A stretch of DNA of 62,572 bases. Source: a virus (Duplodnaviria; Heunggongvirae; Uroviricota; Caudoviricetes). Positions 52,460 through 62,572 of this stretch are shown here, piece by piece. The notes below the pieces were generated by a model. It saw nothing but the letters and a program-made list of their open reading frames with translations, was not told the origin of the DNA and searched no databases. The stretch lies in the IMG/VR virus record IMGVR_UViG_2671180890_000001; one strand, 5' to 3'. Within the stretch, counting starts at the first letter, position 1; each line of letters opens with the position of its first letter. The position numbers and the translations under genes were made by a program.

Positions 52460-54355
52460 TTAACCGAAATATGTCAGCCATGCTAACTGCATTGCTGACA
52501 TGGGGCTGTTTGCACTGCCGGACCACGCATAATTCTGGCCATTATAATGAAACTCAACAACGTATGAGCCATCACCAATATTTCTCACCGGCTTAAATAC
52601 CGGCTTAGATACAGGCGAAGAAGGTGCAGGCGGTTGCTGTTCTTCTACGCTATCTTCCTCTTCCTCTTCCTCTATCTCAATTTCGTCGTCATCCAGATCG
52701 TCATCCTCTGATAATTCATCCGCCAGTTCAGGTATTGCTTCCAGTTCTTCTTCGTCAGGCATAACGATTTCTGGAGTATCTATTTTCAGTTGCCATTGTC
52801 CGTTTTCGCCAACAAATTGCCCCAGAGCATCAGCAGCAAATTCCAGGTATCGACTAATCATTGTTGGGCTAAATTTGAACGCTCTTAGAGTGCTGTTCGT
52901 GATTTTTATAGAGGGGTCCTGCTCTACCAGCTGCTTAACTGTGTTATGCAGACGAACCCCGGCATCTCCTCTGGCGAATCCAGGCATTTCGTCATCAAGC
53001 TGCTGCAATGCTTCCAGCCTGGTATTTTCGTTTCCAGTATTTGGCCTCCATGTCTTTGAGAAGTTGGCCAGCTTGAATTGCTTATAGTGTAATTGAGTGT
53101 TTTCATCGTCATGGCCTAAAATTTCCATAAAGAAAACATCTTCATCTACGTTTTTCCAACGAGGATCTACGCGGAAAAACATTTCATACGCAATACGGGC
53201 ATAAATAGCACGACTATCTTTATAAACACGGCGGTCATCTTTGAAAAATGATTTAACCCACGGGTTAAAAGCCTTTGCTAATATGGCATTAATACGTCCG
53301 TTTTCAGAGCGTGTGTCGTTATCTCCATAACCTTTAACGACATCATCAAAATCAGATGCTGCTGGGCATGAGCGAAGTACATTTATTAAATAAACAAATG
53401 TTTTTGCTTCGCATAATGTATATATTTTTCTGGTTATATCATCAGAAGTTCTTTTTTTAGCTTGGCCTAAAAAATCAACGGTATACTTACCAGAAACAGT
53501 AAATGTACCTTGATACATAATCTCAATCATTCGTCTTCCTGACAATGCAGCAAGTGCAAATGCCAAAGGAGCCATACCTGAACGAGTGTTTAGATTATTT
53601 AATGTAGCAGGGCTATTTATAATATCGTAAATAGCTTGCATATATTTAGGGTAATCAATGACCACCACGTTACGTTTCTTATTGTGCAGAACGTCCGCCC
53701 ATCGTTGCTGGATAGATGCACGTTCGGCAGGGCTTAGTTGAAGATGATAGAGAATCTCATGGTTAACTTTTAGCTGATTCAACTCCTCAAGTAAGGCAGA
53801 TCCTTGCTGTAGTAATTTATATAAATAATCGCGCTTATCTTTCCAGTTATCGCTAGTTAAATCAGAAATGGCGAATTGCCACTCTTTATATTTATTTGAT
53901 AATTTCAATAACTTATTATGACTTTTGTTATCGCCAATTCTGATATTAGATAAATCTTCTGATAGAGGGAGAATTAATTTTAATTTTGCCTGTAAAGCTG
54001 ACATTCTCTGGCGAATATCGGCAGCAGGTAGAGAAAGCCATGACAATAGCTCCTCATTATATAAAGGATACTTTTCAGATAGGCGATGTATATTTTTTTC
54101 AAAGCTATGATGAAGTTTATCATCAAACCGTTTTCTGGCCCTGCTCATATAGGCATTGAATGTGTTGGCTGTAATTCTTTTTTCTAATCCTTTCCCCCTA
54201 AACTTTCGCTTGTCATTAAATAATGCATTTTTAAATTTTAATGCAACAGCCTTTATTTTTTTTGTTTTCTCCCCTTGAGGACGGTCAGAGTTATCTATTG
54301 ACTCAACATCGCTAACAAGTGAGTTTATTAATTCACCGATTTTTACTTTGCTCAT
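52460..54355 (-). CDS. telN: Protelomerase TelN
   Basis: 631 aa; adjacent to the telomere palindrome; N15 TelN-like length and position. Confidence 0.9.
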   Translation of the reverse strand: MSKVKIGELINSLVSDVESIDNSDRPQGEKTKKIKAVALKFKNALFNDKRKFRGKGLEKRITANTFNAYMSRARKRFDDKLHHSFEKNIHRLSEKYPLYNEELLSWLSLPAADIRQRMSALQAKLKLILPLSEDLSNIRIGDNKSHNKLLKLSNKYKEWQFAISDLTSDNWKDKRDYLYKLLQQGSALLEELNQLKVNHEILYHLQLSPAERASIQQRWADVLHNKKRNVVVIDYPKYMQAIYDIINSPATLNNLNTRSGMAPLAFALAALSGRRMIEIMYQGTFTVSGKYTVDFLGQAKKRTSDDITRKIYTLCEAKTFVYLINVLRSCPAASDFDDVVKGYGDNDTRSENGRINAILAKAFNPWVKSFFKDDRRVYKDSRAIYARIAYEMFFRVDPRWKNVDEDVFFMEILGHDDENTQLHYKQFKLANFSKTWRPNTGNENTRLEALQQLDDEMPGFARGDAGVRLHNTVKQLVEQDPSIKITNSTLRAFKFSPTMISRYLEFAADALGQFVGENGQWQLKIDTPEIVMPDEEELEAIPELADELSEDDDLDDDEIEIEEEEEEDSVEEQQPPAPSSPVSKPVFKPVRNIGDGSYVVEFHYNGQNYAWSGSANSPMSAMQLAWLTYFG

Positions 54356-54525
54356 CTTTCCTCTCCTGATTATCCGCTCGGATTATCGTAACACAATTTG
54401 AGAATAAGATAACTAATAACGCGTTAACTTAGGCACAAACTAACAGAACACAACAACGGATAATAAATAAAAACACAATATCGGAACGTTAAAATTTGTT
54501 CCTTGACTTTGTTCTGAAAATCAGC

Positions 54526-54567
54526 ACATAATTCCCCATTATACGCACGTATAATGGGGAATTATGT
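54526..54567. repeat. Right hairpin telomere (telR) read-through: same 20 bp arms around a CA centre at 54546-54547
   Basis: ACATAATTCCCCATTATACG-CA-CGTATAATGGGGAATTATGT. Confidence 0.85.
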
Positions 54568-54737
54568 GCTGATTTTCAGAACAAAGTCAAGGAACAAATT
54601 TTAACGTTCCGATATTGTGTTTTTATTTATTATCCGTTGTTGTGTTCTGTTAGTTTGTGCCTAAGTTAACGCGTTATTAGTTATCTTATTCTCAAATTGT
54701 GTTACGATAATCCGAGCGGATAATCAGGAGAGGAAAG

Positions 54738-56633
54738 ATGAGCAAAGTAAAAATCGGTGAATTAATAAACTCACTTGTTAGCGATGTTGAGTCAATAGAT
54801 AACTCTGACCGTCCTCAAGGGGAGAAAACAAAAAAAATAAAGGCTGTTGCATTAAAATTTAAAAATGCATTATTTAATGACAAGCGAAAGTTTAGGGGGA
54901 AAGGATTAGAAAAAAGAATTACAGCCAACACATTCAATGCCTATATGAGCAGGGCCAGAAAACGGTTTGATGATAAACTTCATCATAGCTTTGAAAAAAA
55001 TATACATCGCCTATCTGAAAAGTATCCTTTATATAATGAGGAGCTATTGTCATGGCTTTCTCTACCTGCTGCCGATATTCGCCAGAGAATGTCAGCTTTA
55101 CAGGCAAAATTAAAATTAATTCTCCCTCTATCAGAAGATTTATCTAATATCAGAATTGGCGATAACAAAAGTCATAATAAGTTATTGAAATTATCAAATA
55201 AATATAAAGAGTGGCAATTCGCCATTTCTGATTTAACTAGCGATAACTGGAAAGATAAGCGCGATTATTTATATAAATTACTACAGCAAGGATCTGCCTT
55301 ACTTGAGGAGTTGAATCAGCTAAAAGTTAACCATGAGATTCTCTATCATCTTCAACTAAGCCCTGCCGAACGTGCATCTATCCAGCAACGATGGGCGGAC
55401 GTTCTGCACAATAAGAAACGTAACGTGGTGGTCATTGATTACCCTAAATATATGCAAGCTATTTACGATATTATAAATAGCCCTGCTACATTAAATAATC
55501 TAAACACTCGTTCAGGTATGGCTCCTTTGGCATTTGCACTTGCTGCATTGTCAGGAAGACGAATGATTGAGATTATGTATCAAGGTACATTTACTGTTTC
55601 TGGTAAGTATACCGTTGATTTTTTAGGCCAAGCTAAAAAAAGAACTTCTGATGATATAACCAGAAAAATATATACATTATGCGAAGCAAAAACATTTGTT
55701 TATTTAATAAATGTACTTCGCTCATGCCCAGCAGCATCTGATTTTGATGATGTCGTTAAAGGTTATGGAGATAACGACACACGCTCTGAAAACGGACGTA
55801 TTAATGCCATATTAGCAAAGGCTTTTAACCCGTGGGTTAAATCATTTTTCAAAGATGACCGCCGTGTTTATAAAGATAGTCGTGCTATTTATGCCCGTAT
55901 TGCGTATGAAATGTTTTTCCGCGTAGATCCTCGTTGGAAAAACGTAGATGAAGATGTTTTCTTTATGGAAATTTTAGGCCATGACGATGAAAACACTCAA
56001 TTACACTATAAGCAATTCAAGCTGGCCAACTTCTCAAAGACATGGAGGCCAAATACTGGAAACGAAAATACCAGGCTGGAAGCATTGCAGCAGCTTGATG
56101 ACGAAATGCCTGGATTCGCCAGAGGAGATGCCGGGGTTCGTCTGCATAACACAGTTAAGCAGCTGGTAGAGCAGGACCCCTCTATAAAAATCACGAACAG
56201 CACTCTAAGAGCGTTCAAATTTAGCCCAACAATGATTAGTCGATACCTGGAATTTGCTGCTGATGCTCTGGGGCAATTTGTTGGCGAAAACGGACAATGG
56301 CAACTGAAAATAGATACTCCAGAAATCGTTATGCCTGACGAAGAAGAACTGGAAGCAATACCTGAACTGGCGGATGAATTATCAGAGGATGACGATCTGG
56401 ATGACGACGAAATTGAGATAGAGGAAGAGGAAGAGGAAGATAGCGTAGAAGAACAGCAACCGCCTGCACCTTCTTCGCCTGTATCTAAGCCGGTATTTAA
56501 GCCGGTGAGAAATATTGGTGATGGCTCATACGTTGTTGAGTTTCATTATAATGGCCAGAATTATGCGTGGTCCGGCAGTGCAAACAGCCCCATGTCAGCA
56601 ATGCAGTTAGCATGGCTGACATATTTCGGTTAA
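54738..56633 (+). CDS. telN: Protelomerase TelN (fold-back copy)
   Basis: Identical 631 aa translation. Confidence 0.85.
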   Translation: MSKVKIGELINSLVSDVESIDNSDRPQGEKTKKIKAVALKFKNALFNDKRKFRGKGLEKRITANTFNAYMSRARKRFDDKLHHSFEKNIHRLSEKYPLYNEELLSWLSLPAADIRQRMSALQAKLKLILPLSEDLSNIRIGDNKSHNKLLKLSNKYKEWQFAISDLTSDNWKDKRDYLYKLLQQGSALLEELNQLKVNHEILYHLQLSPAERASIQQRWADVLHNKKRNVVVIDYPKYMQAIYDIINSPATLNNLNTRSGMAPLAFALAALSGRRMIEIMYQGTFTVSGKYTVDFLGQAKKRTSDDITRKIYTLCEAKTFVYLINVLRSCPAASDFDDVVKGYGDNDTRSENGRINAILAKAFNPWVKSFFKDDRRVYKDSRAIYARIAYEMFFRVDPRWKNVDEDVFFMEILGHDDENTQLHYKQFKLANFSKTWRPNTGNENTRLEALQQLDDEMPGFARGDAGVRLHNTVKQLVEQDPSIKITNSTLRAFKFSPTMISRYLEFAADALGQFVGENGQWQLKIDTPEIVMPDEEELEAIPELADELSEDDDLDDDEIEIEEEEEEDSVEEQQPPAPSSPVSKPVFKPVRNIGDGSYVVEFHYNGQNYAWSGSANSPMSAMQLAWLTYFG

Positions 56634-56804
56634 AGCATACAGTAAAGGCACCGAATTAACGGTGCCTTGTTGTGTGACCTACCTCGCCTGCCCCCTGCAA
56701 AGGGCAGAAGTAACGGAGGAAACGCGGCTGCAACCACAGACATCACCGCCCCGACTGCGAGGCTTCCCTTCTCTAAGAAGGGCATAAATTCGGGCTGGTC
56801 AACC

Positions 56805-57587
56805 CTATTTATTGGTGATTTCTGCTGGCTTTAGCTGCGCGGATAACTGCTCAAGTTTTTGAACTGCCAGTTCAAAATGCGCGGGTAACGCCTTTTCCAG
56901 ATCAGAGTTAATATCGGTGATGGGTAAATCACCACACGACATACTCCGCCTACCCCCACGAACAACATCACGCAACAACTCTCGTTCATACGTGCGCATG
57001 TTCCCCAATGCCGACTCAGCAGCCGTCAAAATCCGGCGCAGTTCTGCCGTAATTGCTGGCAAATCATCAACCGTTATGGGGTTCGGGGATGGATTACGAC
57101 ACGCCCGACGCAAAGCTAACCATACACCGCTAATCCAGGCATTTCGGTACTGAAAACTTTGTGCTATATCGTTAATCAGCCCTCGCAGATACTCTTTCTG
57201 CCTCCAGTTCAACGGCTCCGCTGCTCGCATTGGCTCAGGCTCGATGTAAACGTACTCTCCATTTTTGCGAATAGAGGGCAAGACTTCGTTCGTTACCCAT
57301 TTGCGAAACCGCCAAGCTGTTGTGCCTTGCTTCACCGCGTCACGGCAGCGGAGGATCAGGGTGTATAGACCTGACTCTGAAATAATATTTAGCTTTTGCT
57401 CTCCGCCAGGGGTGTAACTTAAAGTTACACCCTTTTCATCCTCATCCAGAGACATTAGCGCCTTCCGGGAATTAACGAGTCTTAAAGCATCACATACATC
57501 CTTAGCCACAAACCACGGCTCACCGTTAATCATCACTACACGAACCTGATGCTCTTCCTGAAAGGAAAAGACTGCTAACGCGCTCAT
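56805..57587 (-). CDS. Bro-N antirepressor (fold-back copy)
   Basis: Identical 260 aa translation. Confidence 0.7.
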   Translation of the reverse strand: MSALAVFSFQEEHQVRVVMINGEPWFVAKDVCDALRLVNSRKALMSLDEDEKGVTLSYTPGGEQKLNIISESGLYTLILRCRDAVKQGTTAWRFRKWVTNEVLPSIRKNGEYVYIEPEPMRAAEPLNWRQKEYLRGLINDIAQSFQYRNAWISGVWLALRRACRNPSPNPITVDDLPAITAELRRILTAAESALGNMRTYERELLRDVVRGGRRSMSCGDLPITDINSDLEKALPAHFELAVQKLEQLSAQLKPAEITNK

Positions 57588-57817
57588 TCAGCCTCCTTAT
57601 CGCGCAGCAAGTGCGACGAGAGAGACGCAGAATATCCCTGTGCTTCATGCGTTAACTCACACGCAATCTGCAGAAGTTTTCCAGCCTCTGAGAGGTAAAT
57701 CGACGCCTCACAACTGGAGACTGTCCGATGGGCTGATGATACGAGCGCATAGACCTGAGCCAGACGTTCATCCAACGATTCCAGCAGGCCAACAGTGTTC
57801 ATTTTTACCTGATTCAT
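57584..57817 (-). CDS. Hypothetical 77 aa protein (fold-back copy of 51276..51509)
   Basis: Identical translation. Confidence 0.45.
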   Translation of the reverse strand: MNQVKMNTVGLLESLDERLAQVYALVSSAHRTVSSCEASIYLSEAGKLLQIACELTHEAQGYSASLSSHLLRDKEAE

Positions 57818-58357
57818 GCAGCCACCTCGCGCACCGGAATACGGGCAGACAATACCAGGACAAACCGGCTGGCGAACTGGCGACGAGCTTCCCGTTCAGA
57901 TGACGCGATAGTGGAAAGATGATGAATGTGGGACTTTTTGTCTGTGCGAACGACTGCCGCAAATTTGAATTTGAACATGGTATGCACTCCGTTTTATTGG
58001 TCGTGCTACCACCAGAGTTGCGAATCTCTTTATTGGTGGTAGCCCAGGCGGGGTTCGCAATACCGGTAAACGAAGAAACCGGCCCGACCGAAGTCAGCCC
58101 CACCTGAGCCACCATAATTCGGATATGCGCAGGTCTATACACACAAAAAAACACGCTGGCGCGTGTTGTGCGCTTCGTTTTGCCAGGATTGCGAAGTCCC
58201 GACTGCGGATTTACCGCAGCGAGGTGACTTTACCTCCAAAACGACGCACACGTCAATAATTTGCAAAGACATTTTACCCCGTGACCAGTCACGGGGACAG
58301 GTGTTTTTATAGTTTGCTTGAACAAACGATCAGAACATGAACAATGTTATTGTTCCG

Positions 58358-59170
58358 TTATAAGAAAGCCTCACGCGAACGGAACACCCACTCTAGCTGT
58401 ACTGGATAAATTTCTCCCGTTTTAATATTTATTAGGCGCGCGGCTAATAACTCACCCATAAAAACCTGAGTTTTATGGCTCATATCTGACGGGTTAAAAA
58501 TAGTAGGTGATGTTATATCAATATGATTACTGCTTAACCCATTTATCTTTGCTAAATATTCAATTCTAAGGTCTTTTACATTAACATCTTTTGGTATTTG
58601 TCCTTTTATATCAATATCTGCCCATATTGTTTCAGGGTTCCCTTCATTTATTTGTGTACTACCAAAGATAATTTCGGCACCTAAAGTATTTAACACTTCT
58701 ACATCAGCAGATATTCCAAAAGCATTAGCACCAACATAGCTTCCATGCTTTGTTATTTCAGAGGAATCGACATGAAAACCATACCATCCAGACATATCTC
58801 GAGATGTTATCACGCTATCACTACCGCTATTCTCAACAAAATCACGGTTAAGATATGTTCCTGAGTATGTGATACTTCTAGGGATAGACAAACCTTGAGA
58901 TGTTAAAACGTTGTTGTATGGCGCGTATGTTAATGAGTGAACGACATATCCACGCCATGAACCATCATCTATCTTTGATGCAATAATTCTATTAAATTCC
59001 TTACCTGTGAGTATTTTGCTGCTAAAATCACCAACAGAGTTGATAGGTACTCTTTTTTCTTTTTCGAATTTATACTCAACGTCCGTTGATGCCTTATTAT
59101 CATATTGATAAGTGCATCCAGATAATAACAAGATAGAGAGTAATAAAGCTGTTGTTTTTTTGTTACGCAT
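58358..59170 (-). CDS. Moron lipoprotein (fold-back copy)
   Basis: Identical 270 aa translation. Confidence 0.55.
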   Translation of the reverse strand: MRNKKTTALLLSILLLSGCTYQYDNKASTDVEYKFEKEKRVPINSVGDFSSKILTGKEFNRIIASKIDDGSWRGYVVHSLTYAPYNNVLTSQGLSIPRSITYSGTYLNRDFVENSGSDSVITSRDMSGWYGFHVDSSEITKHGSYVGANAFGISADVEVLNTLGAEIIFGSTQINEGNPETIWADIDIKGQIPKDVNVKDLRIEYLAKINGLSSNHIDITSPTIFNPSDMSHKTQVFMGELLAARLINIKTGEIYPVQLEWVFRSREAFL

Positions 59171-59259
59171 AATATTAACTTAACCTATTTGATTAATAAT
59201 ATGTTATTCCATTAAATAAAATATGCCGAGAACGGTTTAACTTGAACAGTCATCACTAT

Positions 59260-59667
59260 TCAATCAACTTTTTTAGCATCAGCCATACGCTTCAACCAGT
59301 AATCAACAATCGGCTGCTCATCCACAGAATGTTTACCAGGTATAACTCGCCAGCTATCTTGCGAAAATCTGCCGTACTTACGCGGGAATAGGCCTTTCTT
59401 TATCTCCCGCCATGTACTAGGAAAACCATCCACAAAAGTACCAATTAACAGGAGAGGGACAAAAATCAGAGCTACAAACCATCGTGCAAGAAAGTGTTCA
59501 ACAACAACATTTTCACCGTTGTAGTAATACGCATACGCATCCAATATGCGAATTTTCCTTACCTTAAAAATAGCCTTATGTTGAGAACGACTTAACTTGA
59601 TACGAATGTATCCCTTATCCAAAGGGGATTCGTATTTGTATGATTGAACAGCCATTTTTAACCCCAC
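59260..59667 (-). CDS. Hypothetical membrane protein (fold-back copy of 49425..49832)
   Basis: Identical translation. Confidence 0.45.
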   Translation of the reverse strand: MGLKMAVQSYKYESPLDKGYIRIKLSRSQHKAIFKVRKIRILDAYAYYYNGENVVVEHFLARWFVALIFVPLLLIGTFVDGFPSTWREIKKGLFPRKYGRFSQDSWRVIPGKHSVDEQPIVDYWLKRMADAKKVD

Positions 59668-59984
59668 TCACCATCAGCAAACAAAGCGTTATACTCTGAC
59701 AATGGTAGACGGTTGCCCTCGATGTAGAGATTCAGTTCATACTTCGTCTCCGGGTTTTCCTTGTCGGCTCGTTCCCAACGCTCAGCAGCCTCACGCGCCA
59801 ATAATTCCACTGCTTTCAGATAATCCTCCGTACGGAACCAGCCAAAGATAAGGCCACGATCTGTTACAGCCCAGGCAACCTTTTTTTCTTCCTCCTGGAT
59901 AGCCTTAATGCGTCGATCGCATTCATCCCGGCAAAACTGCAGCTGACGGTAATCAAGTTTGTCCAAAAATGCAGTAGTAGACAT
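59658..59984 (-). CDS. Hypothetical protein (fold-back copy of 49108..49434)
   Basis: Identical translation. Confidence 0.45.
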   Translation of the reverse strand: MSTTAFLDKLDYRQLQFCRDECDRRIKAIQEEEKKVAWAVTDRGLIFGWFRTEDYLKAVELLAREAAERWERADKENPETKYELNLYIEGNRLPLSEYNALFADGEWG

Positions 59985-60172
59985 ATTTTTACTCCCCGTT
60001 CACCGAAAAATCACGATAGAAACGTTTCCACATACGATAAGTCTGCGCGAGTTGTTCACCACGAAACATCGCCTTCCTGGCCTTCATGTTTTCCTTGTGA
60101 GACTTTCGATCTATGAACCAAAACCATTGCTGGAACACACAAAGCAAGAGACACAAAGATAATATCCACTGA

Positions 60173-62151
60173 TTACCCATAGAAAGCGCCCTGCTCTTCG
60201 TAGCTGCATGGGCTATTCCCGGTAATGTATTCACGTAACCGCCGCAGTTCATTGCTGGATAAGTGATCCATGAACTCTGTGAGGTACAGAGATGCAAACG
60301 TCATAGCTATGCTAGCTGATGACCATGATGACATAGTGGCCAGCTCCTCACCGGAAAGCGCACTCATCGCCCAGGACTCAGGTACAACCACTGGCAACAC
60401 AGCCAAAGCCTCAGAAATTACTGAATGAGGGGCGTTTTGAACCTGCTCGTTTGTGGATCGCGTTTTATCATCCATATATATATTGAGATCCAAATCGCGA
60501 TCCATTTCGATGGCAGTCTTCTCGGCTTTACGCGTTTTCAGGGTTAGGCCATCTTTCTGACGCTGAGCAAGAATATCCAGCATAAATGCCGCTGATTCAG
60601 GCTCAACAAAACGCAAGGTTGGACGCTTATCGCCGTCTCTGCCGCGACGTTTACCTGTTTTAAGGCCAAGAGAGTCGCAAATGTTTTTAAACAACGCTTC
60701 CGGCACTTTAGGCTTCCCTTTTGGCGTCATAAAACCACCAATGTGCAGAACGTTATTCAACAGGTCACGGCGTTCGGCTGTCATGAGGTTATCTCGAGCA
60801 AATTTGAGACGCTCCTGAGTCGCCTCGCCGGTCATAGTCTCAGGGTTGATACCGCAGTCGATAAAGTACTGCCGGAGAGTTGCTGATTTAAGCGCATAGA
60901 AACCGCGCGCCCCGACTTCAACAGTAGGAGTAGCTTTTACCTTGTAGTCGATTATTCCAGGGAATTTAGTTTTAAAGACATCATCAGCCTGCTCGCGAGT
61001 CATTGCGGTCACTACAAAATATTGCCACTGTCCCGCCTGACGGTATGCGTAGGTAAAATTGATGGCTGCTTCTTCCCGGTCGTAACGACGAGCTGTTACC
61101 TCATCTAAAAGCATTGTTTCATAGCGGCGAACTTTGTCTCGAGCACCATCGAAATAGAATTTCAGCGTGCCTTCTTCAACCGGTAGTTTCAGTTCGTTCT
61201 CAATATCCCAGCGGACAAGTTTTGCCTGTTCTTCAAGCGTCAGCGCGCGTTTTTTAGCAGTTCTTCACGCTCTGATTCTTGTGGAGTTTCTGTATTGAGA
61301 TGCAGATCCAGTGTCTGTTCCCACACAATATCCCGCGCTTCTTTACGCAGATCTTTACCGATATCATTTGCAGCATAATCGGTGGCCAGCGGCGATATCT
61401 TATAACCGTCGCTGTGCATGATGCAGATCATGTTGCTGGCGTAGTCGTTACGTGCAGACGCTTCAATTGCGGCTGCTTTAATTTTCATCCTGGTAAAGTC
61501 GGTATTGGCCACCCCCATTGATATACGGTCGCCATCGAAAACGACATCCGTCAGTTCACCGTTCATACCTGCAGTAGCAAGCAATGCCTGGGCGAATGCT
61601 CGTTCTATTTTTTGCGGGTCAGTTTCACGTTTTGCACGAGCTTTATCAAAGCCGATAATAAATTCTTTTGCTGTACGGTCGCGGCGTAGCATTTGCACTG
61701 CGTCGCTGGGTACAACTTCACCACAGAACATGCCGAAATGACGGTCAAAATGTTTTTGCTCAATCGACACGCCGGATGAAATAGACGGGCTATAAATCAG
61801 GCCGTCGTATTTTTTGACCATCTTTTTCGGTTGATTGGTAAATGCTTCAACTTCTGGCTCTGGTTTGTTTTTCTGGTTTACACACAGAAATTTCTTACCA
61901 GGAAAATGCATTCTCAGGGTGGCTGTCACATCTTCTGCAAAGGTGGAGCTGTCGGTGGCCAACATGATTTTTTCGCCATCCGATACAGCTTTCACCACCT
62001 CGGTCATGATGCGATCTTTTTCTGTATAAAAAACCCGGATTGGCTCACCTGTTTCGCGGTTGCGAACATCAACAGGTAATTCAATTACGTGGATCTGCAG
62101 CCATGCCGGTAAACCTAGTTCTTCACGGCGTTTCATAGCCAGTTCAGCCAG
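60173..62151 (-). pseudogene. repA: repA 3' two thirds, fold-back copy, frameshifted (T6 here versus A7 in the primary copy near 47838) and truncated at the chimeric junction
   Basis: ORFs 60173..61114 and 61240..62136 match RepA residues from about 673 onward in two frames. Confidence 0.75.
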
Positions 62152-62572
62152 CCGCCTTCACATGCCGGACCATTACCGTCTATGAAGGCTCCAGACCAGG
62201 TACGCTGAATGATTTTCCTCGGTGCCATGACGGAAGATGATGTCATGCCGGAGGCATTGCGCCGTTTTCAGGAAATGGTGGAAGAAGCGGCACGCAACGC
62301 CGAAGCCGCTTCTCAGAGCGCAGCGGCGGCAAAGAATCCGAAACTGCAGCGGCATCATCGAAGAACGCGGCGAAAACCTCAGAAACGAATGCAGCTAACA
62401 GCGCACAGGCGGCAGCGACCTCACAGACTGCATCGGCAAACTCCGCGACAGCAGCTAAAAAATCAGAAACCAACGCGAAAAATAGCGAGACAGCCGCAAA
62501 GACGAGCGAAACCAACGCAAAGTCCAGCCAGACGCAGCGAAGACCAGCGAAACGAATGCTAAAGCCAGTGAA
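62152..62572 (+). repeat. stf: Fold-back copy of stf codons about 70-210 (primary 12333..12753), continuous with window position 1
   Basis: Translation ...FLGAMTEDDVMPEALRRFQEMVEEAARNAEAASQSAAAAK... with three homopolymer indels; last codons KASE join first codons TAAKNSQ as in the primary copy. Confidence 0.7.

Larger units (their letters stand above)
54548..62151. repeat. Fold-back inverted copy of 46940..54545 from read-through of the right hairpin telomere
   Basis: Mirror ORF pairs with coordinate sums 109091-109093. Confidence 0.85.

Overview
The window is one complete N15-like hairpin-telomere linear phage-plasmid of an enterobacterial lambdoid phage, about 48.4 kb (primary copy 6165..54546), captured in unfolded-hairpin form. 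Both telomeres are read through, with palindrome centres at 6164/6165 and 54546/54547. As a result 1..6163 is an inverted copy of 6166..12327, and 54548..62151 is an inverted copy of 46940..54545. The window end (62152..62572) continues seamlessly into the window start, so the contig looks circular, with a chimeric join near 62151. Gene order of the unit genome: telL, sopA-sopB partition, fibre genes, lom, lambda-type tail and head genes J to Nu1 on the minus strand, cos, an AT-rich two-gene moron flanked by about 145 bp direct repeats, lysis cassette (pinholin, SAR endolysin, Rz/Rz1), a DPPY DNA methyltransferase, a HigB/HigA-like TA pair, small early genes, exonuclease, Q/cro/cB immunity, repA primase-helicase, small genes and a lipoprotein moron, a c4-like sRNA with icd and antirepressor, telN protelomerase, telR. 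Five copies of a 16 bp sopC-like palindrome are dispersed through the genome. Fold-back copies differ from the primary copy only by homopolymer-length indels, so they read as consensus errors rather than biological divergence. No rRNA, tRNA, CRISPR array, integrase or transposase was recognised. All protein identifications are from motifs and remembered family sequences; no search was run, and non-ORF coordinates are approximate to a few bp.
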